Shown here one piece after another: positions 31,631 to 39,767 of a DNA stretch of 64,000 nucleotides; position 1 is the first letter of the stretch; every line of letters starts with the position of its first letter. Source of the stretch: an uncultured Dorea sp. (GTDB lineage Bacteria; Bacillota; Clostridia; Lachnospirales; Lachnospiraceae); the NCBI GenBank assembly GCA_910579335.1, contig CAJTUQ010000003.1, positions 608 to 64,607 of the forward strand, in the 5' to 3' direction. The translations under genes were made by a program, and so were the position numbers. The notes under the pieces were generated by a model. The model made no database searches, had not been told where the DNA came from, and saw only the letters and a program-made list of their open reading frames with translations.

Positions 31631-31941
31631 TTTTTCATTTTGATATCGATATACACGCCGGCGGGCATCTCTAATCTTGATAATGCGTCAACCGTCTTCT
31701 GCGTTGGTGTAATGATATCGATCAGTCTCTTATGAGTCCTCTGCTCGAACTGCTCCCTGGAATCTTTATACTTGTGAACAGCCCTTAAAATCGTTACTAC
31801 TTCCTTCTTTGTCGGAAGAGGTACCGGCCCGCTCACCTTTGCCCCGTTCTTCTTCACAGTTTCGATGATTTTCTTAGCGGATGCATCAACCAGCTGATGA
31901 TCATACGCTTTCAATGTGATTCTCATTACTTGACTTGCCAT
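31624..31941 (-). CDS. rpsJ: 30S ribosomal protein S10
   Basis: [24 protein letters not shown]; true start ATG 31941 after AAGGAGG. Confidence 0.98.
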   Translation of the reverse strand: MASQVMRITLKAYDHQLVDASAKKIIETVKKNGAKVSGPVPLPTKKEVVTILRAVHKYKDSREQFEQRTHKRLIDIITPTQKTVDALSRLEMPAGVYIDIKMKNK

Positions 31942-32198
31942 AAAAAAAGTCGCCTCCTTTTCGCACTTTTTTGAAATGAAAATGTATCTTTCATTTTTAG
32001 TACGACAAGCGGTGACTGTACACTCTGCCGTGTGTGTCGTGAGAACCTTACACGGTCTATTTGTGATACAGTGACTTGTCGCCAGTTTCCTAACTTGACA
32101 TTCGCTCCACGGAAAACCTGCCATCCGCTTTTCAAACCTCAATTGTCCAAAAAGCTTTCCGGCAGCAACCTCACGCTTCATCGCTATCATGTCACAGC
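31942..32198 (-). ncRNA. S10 operon 5' leader (candidate ribosomal autoregulatory RNA)
   Basis: About 255-nt UTR; begins GCGAUGAAGCGUGAGGUUGCUG, resembling from memory the Firmicute S10 leader start; contains stems such as CGACAAG/CUUGUCG and CCGUGU/ACACGG. Confidence 0.6.
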
Positions 32199-32204
32199 TT
32201 TTTT

Positions 32205-32233
32205 AGTATATATGATGAAAGGAATGTTTTCAA
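32205..32233 (-). promoter_or_regulatory. Sigma-A promoter of the S10 operon
   Basis: TTGAAA-17-TATACT. Confidence 0.75.
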
Positions 32234-32374
32234 GCCCTTTTATTGAATTTTTGTATTTTTCCGGATACAATCCGTTTTTGCCCGCTCTGAACGAAAATCG
32301 GACGATATTTACTATTTTAGAAATACTACTATTATTAATATCGGCTGCCTAGACACGGCAAAAACATAGCTTCT

Positions 32375-32410
32375 AAAAAGACCGGCTGATTATTAAAATC
32401 AACCGGTCTC
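32375..32410 (-). terminator. Intrinsic terminator after the NSS transporter and small subunit
   Basis: AGACCGGUUGAUU..AAUCAGCCGGUCU plus U run. Confidence 0.8.
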
Positions 32411-32442
32411 TTCATAATTCATTTTTATTGCTTTTTATTTAA

Positions 32443-32559
32443 TTATTTATCGGAAGATTTTCCTTTTTCCTTTTTAAATACTTTTACCATAAAATAAGTG
32501 AATCCGCCGACATATCCTACGAGAGTAATTACCATCATAATAATTGCATCCATCGTCAT
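32443..32559 (-). CDS. MetS-like small subunit of an NSS transporter (absent from the ORF track)
   Basis: 38 aa MTMDAIIMMVITLVGYVGGFTYFMVKVFKKEKGKSSDK; one TM plus basic tail; GAAGGT RBS; directly after the NSS gene. Confidence 0.78.
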   Translation of the reverse strand: MTMDAIIMMVITLVGYVGGFTYFMVKVFKKEKGKSSDK

Positions 32560-32582
32560 AATACATTACCTTCTTTCTATTC

Positions 32583-34069
32583 TTATTGGCAGTTCTCGTC
32601 TTTTGTAATCGGCCCTTTTCCAGTCTTCTTATTAAAGAACTTTGCAAGGGCAATGCCAGCAACGACAACAACCGCGAACTGTAAGATAATCGTCCCTGTA
32701 TTGTCCTGAATGATAAATGGATTCAGCCATGTATCCGGGAACCAATCCTTTGTCTGGATAAGCCAGTAGATAACCATAACTGCAACGAGAACCGGCATGA
32801 TATACATACATACGTTGAAGTACGCTTTCGGGAAATGCATGCCTGCACCCTCCGCATTCACTTCTTCATTTCTAAGTTTCTCAACACCATACTTGATTGC
32901 GACAAGAGCAATCAAAGCTCCGCTGACTAAGAGACCTACGCCCCATACCCAGTCTTGATTGTCGATGTTGTTTAACGACCATGCTGAGAAGCATCCTACC
33001 AAGAATCCGGCAAAGCAGACGTAAACAACCGCTTTCTTGCGGACAATGCCCAGGTCAACAAGTACTTTTACACCAACCTCTATCATAGAGAACAAAGACG
33101 TGATAGCGGCAATTGCAAGCACGATGAAGAAAATAAATGAAATAATTCTTCCTCCCGGAATTGTTGAGAACAACTGGTAAATATAAATAAACGTAATTCC
33201 GAAATTACCCTGTCCAAGCGCTTCGTTCGCTGCTTCCGGCGTAGCGGACAGTGCGCAGATAGCCGGGATTACAACGAGTCCGGATAAAATTGCTCCAAGG
33301 TTGTCTCCAAGACCCATGATCATACAGCTTGTCGGAATATCTTCTTCTTTTTTTACATAATTCGCATATGTAATAATGAAGCCCCAGCCTGCACCGGTTG
33401 ACCATGCCGCCTGAATAAATGCCTGAATCCATGTATTCGGGCTGAAAAGATATTCGCTCTTAATTGTAAAGAGATACTGAAGTCCCTGATTCGCTCCCGG
33501 CAGTGCAATCGCATAAACCGCCAGCGCTAAAAGTATAAGGAACAATAATGGAATGGCAACCTTGCAGAACTTTTCGATACCTTCCGCAACTCCTTTATAT
33601 ACAATGAAACACGCTGCCGCGAAACCAATCGGAAAATAATAACCTGAATCGGCGAGTCTGTAAACGCCGTCCACAAAGCCGATGTTGTCTCAGTCGTCAT
33701 GTTCGATTGGAAAGAGGTTAACGAATTAACCGCATACTTCATACAATATCCCTGCAGTACGCAATAATAACTCATAAGAAAGAAACATACTGCCGCAACG
33801 AAAAATCCCATCCATGTATATTTCTTTCCGCCCATATCACGGAATGCACCCACTGTTCCAAGCCTTGTCTTCTTACCAATAGCCATCTCTGCCGAGAGAA
33901 GCGGAACCGCATAAATCAACATAGCAATCGTCCATGCCAATATAAACGCCCCTCCACCATTTGCTGCACAAATTCGCGGAAAACGCCACACATTACCTGT
34001 ACCGATACACATGCCAAGCGCAGCCGCAATATAACCTATGGTACTAAATCCTTGCTGCTTCTGCTCCAT
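32583..34069 (-). pseudogene. Sodium-dependent amino acid transporter (NSS/SNF family), frameshifted near 33631
   Basis: N-part has IGTGNVWRFP..NGGGAF; C-part continues IGFAAACFIVYKGVAEGIEK in another frame; span of 1487 nt is not a multiple of 3. May be a sequencing error. Confidence 0.82.
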
Positions 34070-34232
34070 AAAAAAAGCCCCCATTCTTCTGATAAATAAT
34101 GGACAATTCAAATCCATTTCTTATGTCCATTTTCATCTATTTTACTATGGCAGGCCATCAAAGTCAATACAAACATTAGATTTTGTAATTCCGGCATAAC
34201 ATTTTTTTATGTCAAATCCCCTCGTTCCTCAC

Positions 34233-34266
34233 AAAAAAACGGCAGTCGTCATGGACTGCCGTTTTT
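34233..34266. terminator. Intrinsic terminator, potentially bidirectional
   Basis: AAAAAAACGGCAGTC-N6-GACTGCCGTTTTT. Confidence 0.8.
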
Positions 34267-34289
34267 ATCTGCCGCACATTCGCTTTCTG

Positions 34290-34859
34290 TCATTTCATAT
34301 CTGTAATCCCCGCATTCATCCTGAAAAGTTTCTGTTTCAGGCTCACATGCGCCTCGCCAAATTCCTTCCCTGTGCTCTGCTGCATAAACTTATAAAAATC
34401 ATCCGGAGAGCCCTGCACAAAGTCCTCCTTCGGAACGATATAAAGGTCTCCTCCCTCCATATGCAGATAATATATTTCACTGTCTGCATACAGTTTTTCT
34501 ATTTCATGGTATTTATACATATGTTTTTCATTGTCCTGAACGGTGAAACCGGAATGGCCGAAAGACATGACGATTTTTATGCCGTATTTATAATAGATGT
34601 CCCGGCCAAGCATCCCAAAATAAGTAAGATACGGCCTTGCAAAGGCCAGCGCAATAATAAAAATCCCTGCAGCGAAACAGGCCGCCGCATGAAGTCCCGA
34701 TAATTTAAGCGCTTTGGGAAGCGTAAAAAAAAGAGCGGCGGAAATCCCGTAGCGAAACATAAGTCTCCTGTAGTTTTTCCCGTTTTCATTATAAAATTTT
34801 GCAAATGCCATCAGCACCTTTTTCGTATGCCCTGTCTTCACTTCATATAGCGTGGTCAT
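34290..34859 (-). CDS. YcxB-like membrane protein
   Basis: ATG 34859 after AAGGAGG; two TM helices then a soluble domain ending YIVPKEDF. Confidence 0.72.
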   Translation of the reverse strand: MTTLYEVKTGHTKKVLMAFAKFYNENGKNYRRLMFRYGISAALFFTLPKALKLSGLHAAACFAAGIFIIALAFARPYLTYFGMLGRDIYYKYGIKIVMSFGHSGFTVQDNEKHMYKYHEIEKLYADSEIYYLHMEGGDLYIVPKEDFVQGSPDDFYKFMQQSTGKEFGEAHVSLKQKLFRMNAGITDMK

Positions 34860-35023
34860 CTCTTTCCTCCTTTGGCATGTCCTCACCAAGTGTTGCCCCT
34901 GCCTGTTTTCCATTATATAATTTATCTTCTTCTTATGCAAGGCTCCTTTTTTACGTACGCCTTTTCTATGCCGTCAAATTTATTCATTTTATCCAATAAT
35001 CCCACTTATTTTTTCCGTTTTTA

Positions 35024-35053
35024 GTTGACCTTTCCCAACAAAAATGATACAAT
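35024..35053 (+). promoter_or_regulatory. Sigma-A promoter of the TSUP permease
   Basis: TTGACC-18-TACAAT with extended -10 TG. Confidence 0.6.
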
Positions 35054-35156
35054 TCTAAGTAACACGGAATGCGAGCCAGGCTGCAATCGGGGGCGGCCTG
35101 CAAATCAGCATTCCGGAGCAAACAATTAAATATTTTATAATCTGGAGGGATGATTT

Positions 35157-36083
35157 ATGTCAATGTACATTTTGAAGGGGTTATGCGTTATCGGCATTAT
35201 CCTGAACGTGTTTCTCATGTGGAGAAAAGACAAACAGATGCGCGCTAATCCGGAAAAGGATCCGGTAATCGGACTGACCGGTGAGGAACAGTGGCAGGAA
35301 CAGAAAAAACACATAGTTCCGACCGCTATCACAGGATTTGTAGCAAACTTCCTGGATACTCTTGGAATCGGTTCTTTCGCTCCGTCTTCTGCAGCTTTTA
35401 AGCTGACAAGAGCAGTTGATGATGCGTTAGTGCCCGGTACTTTGAACGTTGGTGATACCGTTCCTGTATGTGTTGAGGCATTCTTATTCTTTGGTTTTGT
35501 AGAGATGGATGTACTTACACTTGTTCTTATGATTGCATCATCGGTTATCGGCTCTATCGTAATGGCAGGTATCGTATCTAAGTTTGACAGAAAGAAAGTT
35601 CGTTATGCGCTGTTTGTAGGTCTGTTCCTTCTTGCAACTGTAATTCTTATGAAGGTTATGAAATTTGGACCGTTCGGTACTGTTGGAACAGCAACCGCAT
35701 TAACAGGCGCAAAGCTCGTTATCGCTGTTGTAGGAAACTTTGTATTTGGTGCTCTTATGAGTATCGGTGTGGGTCTTTACGCACCTTGTATGGCTATGGT
35801 TCTTGCACTGGGAATGGATGCAGGATGTGCTTTCCCGGCTATGATGGGTTCCTGTGCATACCTGATGGCATTTGGTAACGGCCCGAAATTCATCAAAGAA
35901 GGCAGATACGACATGGTTGCTTCCTGGACACAGGCAATTTTCGGAGCAATTGGTGTATATGTTGCTTACGCATTCGTAAAGAGCCTGCCGCTTGATGTTC
36001 TTACCAAAGTTATCGTTGCAGTTGTATACATCACAGCATTCTTATATCTTCGTGATGCGATCAAGAAGGGTTCAGCTGCTTAA
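35157..36083 (+). CDS. TSUP (TauE/SafE-like) membrane permease associated with the prd locus
   Basis: ANFLDTLGIGSFA, PGTLNVG and repeated ALMSIGVGLYAP motif; about 9 TM; codon usage like that of highly expressed genes. Confidence 0.82.
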   Translation: MSMYILKGLCVIGIILNVFLMWRKDKQMRANPEKDPVIGLTGEEQWQEQKKHIVPTAITGFVANFLDTLGIGSFAPSSAAFKLTRAVDDALVPGTLNVGDTVPVCVEAFLFFGFVEMDVLTLVLMIASSVIGSIVMAGIVSKFDRKKVRYALFVGLFLLATVILMKVMKFGPFGTVGTATALTGAKLVIAVVGNFVFGALMSIGVGLYAPCMAMVLALGMDAGCAFPAMMGSCAYLMAFGNGPKFIKEGRYDMVASWTQAIFGAIGVYVAYAFVKSLPLDVLTKVIVAVVYITAFLYLRDAIKKGSAA

Positions 36084-36119
36084 TCAGCGAAAGAAAATTA
36101 AAAACTATAAACTTTACAT

Positions 36120-36154
36120 AAAAGGAGGGTATCCGACCTGGATATCCTCTTTTT
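36120..36154 (+). terminator. Intrinsic terminator after the TSUP gene
   Basis: GAGGGUAUCC-GACCU-GGAUAUCCUC plus U run. Confidence 0.8.
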
Positions 36155-36266
36155 ATCACCGTATTATTTTAAATACCACATTCAAAAGCACGATATCATT
36201 AAAAATCCATCCTTCATCTTGTACAGTACGGCACAAAATATATGAACAAAGGAGCTCCCGAAAAAG

Positions 36267-36902
36267 ATGGACGTAAAAAAGACAATCAAAAAATATATCC
36301 TTGTTACAATTTTCATTATTATGATGGCAGTATCGCAGACACTAAGCCTGAAGGCGGATATCGGCGTATGCGCCTGCTGGGATTCTATCAGCCTGAACGT
36401 CTATCAGCTTACAGGTTTTAAAGTTGGAACTTTCAGCATCGTCGGCAATTTGATTTGTGTACTTGTACAAATACTTATGTTAAGAAGGGATTTTCATCCA
36501 ATCCGTTTTTTACAGATACCGGTAGCTATCATATTCGGAGTCGTAGTAAACTTCGTATATTACCGCGTGCTTACCTTTGAACTGCATGGATATCCTATGC
36601 GGCTTCTCTTCTGGGCGCTTTCCTATTTAGGACTCGCCGTATTTATCGGCGGCCTCAATCTGTTAGGCGCAGTCCAGATACCGGTAGAAGGGATGTATTA
36701 CACTGCAAGCAGCAAATACGGCGTAGACTTTGCAAAGCTTCACATTACATGCGATGCTCTTTTAATCGCCACCTCTCTGTCTTTATCCTTTCTGTTCGGA
36801 CTGTCCATTAAAATCCGGGAGGGCACGATAGGCGGCATGCTTGTCCTTGGTCCGCTGACGAAATGGTGCATGAGCTGGGAGAAAAAATTTATACACGAAT
36901 AA
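36267..36902 (+). CDS. YczE/YyaS/YitT-like membrane protein
   Basis: KADIGVCACWD, IREGTI motifs; about 6 TM. Confidence 0.78.
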   Translation: MDVKKTIKKYILVTIFIIMMAVSQTLSLKADIGVCACWDSISLNVYQLTGFKVGTFSIVGNLICVLVQILMLRRDFHPIRFLQIPVAIIFGVVVNFVYYRVLTFELHGYPMRLLFWALSYLGLAVFIGGLNLLGAVQIPVEGMYYTASSKYGVDFAKLHITCDALLIATSLSLSFLFGLSIKIREGTIGGMLVLGPLTKWCMSWEKKFIHE

Positions 36903-36913
36903 ATATAACACGC

Positions 36914-36955
36914 AGAAAGGGTGCAGCATTTTCGGAATGCCGCACCCTTTCTTTT
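36914..36955. terminator. Strong, probably bidirectional terminator
   Basis: AGAAAGGGTGCAGCATT-TTCGG-AATGCCGCACCCTTTCT, 17-bp stem with one G-U on the minus strand. Confidence 0.85.
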
Positions 36956-37122
36956 GGTATGTCATTGAGAGGTTTTTCCTCGTTGCATTGCAGTTTTGCT
37001 ATATACAAAGCTGGGGAATGCTCCTCTGTTAAGAGGAAAGTATATAAGTTCACCGCCGCAAGACTGTTCTTGGGGAAAACAATCGGCAGAAGTGCAACTG
37101 CAATAACAACCATTGTTTAAGC
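36914..37122 (-). ncRNA. Putative free-standing structured small RNA (about 210 nt)
   Basis: Own promoter and terminator, multibranch fold with two UUCCCCA loops, no RBS-supported ORF; ends inferred. Confidence 0.65.
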
Positions 37123-37128
37123 GTTATT

Positions 37129-37157
37129 ACTATACCATTTCTTATTTTCTGCGTCAA
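37129..37157 (-). promoter_or_regulatory. Sigma-A promoter of the putative sRNA
   Basis: TTGACG-17-TATAGT with extended -10 TG and an AT-rich upstream tract. Confidence 0.75.
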
Positions 37158-37273
37158 TACTTTATTTGGCAAAAGTAAATATTTATGCACTTTAACAAAT
37201 ATTTAACGATATCTTTTGTTGTATTTGAACACTTTACCATAGTAAAACGCCGAATTGCCTTGATTTTGACTCC

Positions 37274-37753
37274 CTATTTATTCTCCTGCTCTTTTTTTCT
37301 CATCTTGAGCTTCAGCAGCGCTTTCGCTTTCAGGCAGTCTATACGGTCCATATTATTCTCACCTACCACATCCGTCTCTTCGCCGCTCTCACTCTTATTG
37401 ATATCAACAATCGCATCCAGATAATCATTGACAACTACAAATTGCGCAACCGTGCCATTAAAGGTAATTCCTGTTACCGGAATCCCTCTTATGCCAATCT
37501 GCTCGATTGTATTTGTATAATCCACATGGCTGTTGCCCCATCCGTCGCAGGAAAGAATCACGCCGTCCGCACGCATACATTCCGCCCATACCGCCGCTCT
37601 TGTACCAACCAGCATCTTATCCTCATTACCGTCCGGAGAGCCAACAAGCATAACTCCCATCAAATCGAGGTCGGTATCCTCTGCAACAACTTCTAAAAGC
37701 GGATCCCTGAAATGATGCAATGACGTCTCTTTTGTTGAAGGACCAATTCCCAT
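37274..37753 (-). CDS. prdE: Proline reductase cluster protein PrdE
   Basis: Starts MGIGPSTKETSLHHFRDP, paralogous to PrdA from CIGPASKEMSRHYWREP onward; ATG 37753 with RBS. Confidence 0.9.
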   Translation of the reverse strand: MGIGPSTKETSLHHFRDPLLEVVAEDTDLDLMGVMLVGSPDGNEDKMLVGTRAAVWAECMRADGVILSCDGWGNSHVDYTNTIEQIGIRGIPVTGITFNGTVAQFVVVNDYLDAIVDINKSESGEETDVVGENNMDRIDCLKAKALLKLKMRKKEQENK

Positions 37754-37766
37754 ACTCCTACACCTC

Positions 37767-38534
37767 CTACTGCATAGAACGGATAATGCCGTCACGGTAC
37801 TCATTCGGAGTTACGATGATTGGCATATTACCCATGTCAATAATTGATTTTCCGCCTTCTACACCAGAAGGTTCTTTCGCAAACAAATGCGTATCATACA
37901 TTGCTCCTTGTCCGGCGACCTGTTTGATAATCAGTACTTTTTTCTTTCCCGGCCTTACAATGTCATGATACTCATGCCGTTCCGTACATTTCTCACCCTT
38001 GAATTTCTTTAATTTGTTGCGATAACTCTGGATAAATTTGTCGCACGCCCGGTGCGCTGCCGTCGGCCCCGGCCGCTCCTGTCCCATGCCCGCGGCAAGC
38101 GTTACGTCAAAAGAAATAATATAATCATCATCTCCTGGCGTACCGGCACGGTTCAAATACAACTGCTCTTTTAGGTTCCCTTCCGAAGAACCAAATTCAT
38201 GGCACTGTTTGCCATTCACGTCCACTCCCGTAAGGATAACGTAAACACCTGTAATCGTATGCGTAATCCCCTCTCCCAGTTTTCCAAGAACTTTTGTCGA
38301 AATAGGTATGATATCCATCATGGTATTCGTCCAGCGGTCATGGTCGCCCGGCTTTATAAGCTGAATGTCAATTTTTTCTATATGCTCTTCCGCTGCTGTA
38401 AGCTCGTCAAGCATCTCTTTGCTGACCGTCATATGACCATCCGTGGTAATATCATTATGTTCGCCCCATTCCACATCATTCATGTGAAACGCTTTGATGA
38501 CCAGCCTTCTTAAGTCCTTTACTTCATCAGCCAA
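37767..38534 (-). CDS. prdD: Proline reductase cluster protein PrdD
   Basis: Paralogous to the central PrdA region (EFGSSEG, RPGKKKV, GQGAM); TTG start with GGAGG. Confidence 0.9.
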   Translation of the reverse strand: MADEVKDLRRLVIKAFHMNDVEWGEHNDITTDGHMTVSKEMLDELTAAEEHIEKIDIQLIKPGDHDRWTNTMMDIIPISTKVLGKLGEGITHTITGVYVILTGVDVNGKQCHEFGSSEGNLKEQLYLNRAGTPGDDDYIISFDVTLAAGMGQERPGPTAAHRACDKFIQSYRNKLKKFKGEKCTERHEYHDIVRPGKKKVLIIKQVAGQGAMYDTHLFAKEPSGVEGGKSIIDMGNMPIIVTPNEYRDGIIRSMQ

Positions 38535-38578
38535 TTTACTTTCACCTCCGTCTTCGTGCTGTTTTTACTTGTATCTTA

Positions 38579-38607
38579 ATTATAAAATAATCCTGTCTTT
38601 TTTCCAA
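38579..38607 (-). promoter_or_regulatory. Sigma-A promoter for prdDE
   Basis: TTGGAA-17-TATAAT. Confidence 0.6.
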
Positions 38608-38618
38608 CACTTCATTTG

Positions 38619-38650
38619 AAAAAAGAGCAGATGTTTTTCATCTGCTCTTT
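38619..38650 (-). terminator. Intrinsic terminator after prdB
   Basis: Perfect 12-bp AAAGAGCAGATG/CATCTGCTCTTT stem with U run. Confidence 0.85.
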
Positions 38651-38725
38651 AACATCCTATATCCTACGGATTCCTTACGGCAAAACCTTTTTAAGGCCAG
38701 CCGACCCTCATCCGTCAGGTTTCCT

Positions 38726-39451
38726 TTAGATCTTAGCTACATACTCGAATGGCAGCGGAACAATCTTTCCAGGTGTCTGGATTTCTACCAACTGCTCAAG
38801 AGTAGCCTTAACGATCTGTGTCTGCTGTTCAACATTGTGCGGTCCACCTGCATTAGCACCCATAGGTACCAACGGAGCAACTGCACGAGGAGTACCGGTC
38901 TGACGAACAACCGGCGGAAGAGCTGCAATAATAATTGTAGGTATTCCAGCTTCTTCAATCGCTCTCTGCACCAATACTGCAGAGCGGTGGCAGGTACCTC
39001 AGCCAGCGGTGAGGACAACTGCGTCAACATCCTCTTCTTTGAACATCTGAGCGATAGCCGGACCAGTTTCGCCTTTGAATTTTTCCTGGTTTCCGCCGCC
39101 GCCCATGAAACCGGCATGTACCGGAGCGCAAGCCCTGATAAAGCCTTCTGCAGCTAACTCGTGTATTCTGTCAATCGGGAACATGCAGTTAATGTCTTTG
39201 TTAACATCACTGTTATCATATCCGCCGTGGGATACCATCAGATCATCTGACGGAGTTGTGTTCTCTATCTTTCTCCATGTGAAGTCACCGGCAAGATTAA
39301 ATCTTTCCTGATCTTTCTTGTGAACACCTGCTGCTGTTGCAAGAGCGATAGACATATCCTTAAGCTCTTTTGTTACAGGAGTCCATACAGACGGCGGAGT
39401 AATAGGAACGAATATTTCTGATTGTAAACCTTTAACAACCGTTAAACTCAT
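38726..39451 (-). CDS. prdB: D-proline reductase selenoprotein subunit PrdB (Sec at codon 151)
   Basis: Track ORFs 38999-39451 and 38726-38974 join in frame through TGA at 39001-38999: VLTAG-U-GTCHRSAV (UxxC); 241 aa. Confidence 0.96.
38964..38984 (-). promoter_or_regulatory. SECIS-like hairpin of prdB
   Basis: CUCUGCA-GUAUUGG-UGCAGAG starting 14 nt after the UGA. Confidence 0.7.
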
Positions 39452-39453
39452 TT

Positions 39454-39750
39454 TTAGACCTCCTTATTATCCAAACGTTTACTCATTTCTTGTTGTTTGC
39501 GTCTTTCTTTTTCAATGTTGCTGACGTAGTGTTCATTTATCTCCGGTCCCAGCTGCTCCGGAAAGCTCATGTTCCATCCAAATTCCTGTCCCACTTTCGG
39601 TTCAGTATCACAGATAAACATTCTCTTGGGAGCTTTAAAGAACCCCAGGCGTCCTTTCAGGTCAACGCTGATACTGCAGTCGTCGACATCCACTACAACG
39701 CCCTCCATATAAATGATCCTGTCGCCGTAATTCAAACGTTCATTATTCAT
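39454..39750 (-). CDS. Small conserved prd-cluster protein (CBO2463/CBO2479-like)
   Basis: About 98 aa between prdA and prdB; VDLKGRLG..PKRM motif; start at 39750 or GTG 39759. Confidence 0.75.
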   Translation of the reverse strand: MNNERLNYGDRIIYMEGVVVDVDDCSISVDLKGRLGFFKAPKRMFICDTEPKVGQEFGWNMSFPEQLGPEINEHYVSNIEKERRKQQEMSKRLDNKEV

Positions 39751-39767
39751 CCAGAACACCTTTTGGC

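Noticed and set aside
33610..33650. Programmed frameshift or phase variation in the NSS gene
   Set aside because: No convincing slippery heptamer or long repeat tract at the junction.
36889..37113. 74-aa minus-strand ORF as a protein gene
   Set aside because: No Shine-Dalgarno, runs through the terminator and into the convergent gene, no recognisable motif; RNA structure explains the region better.
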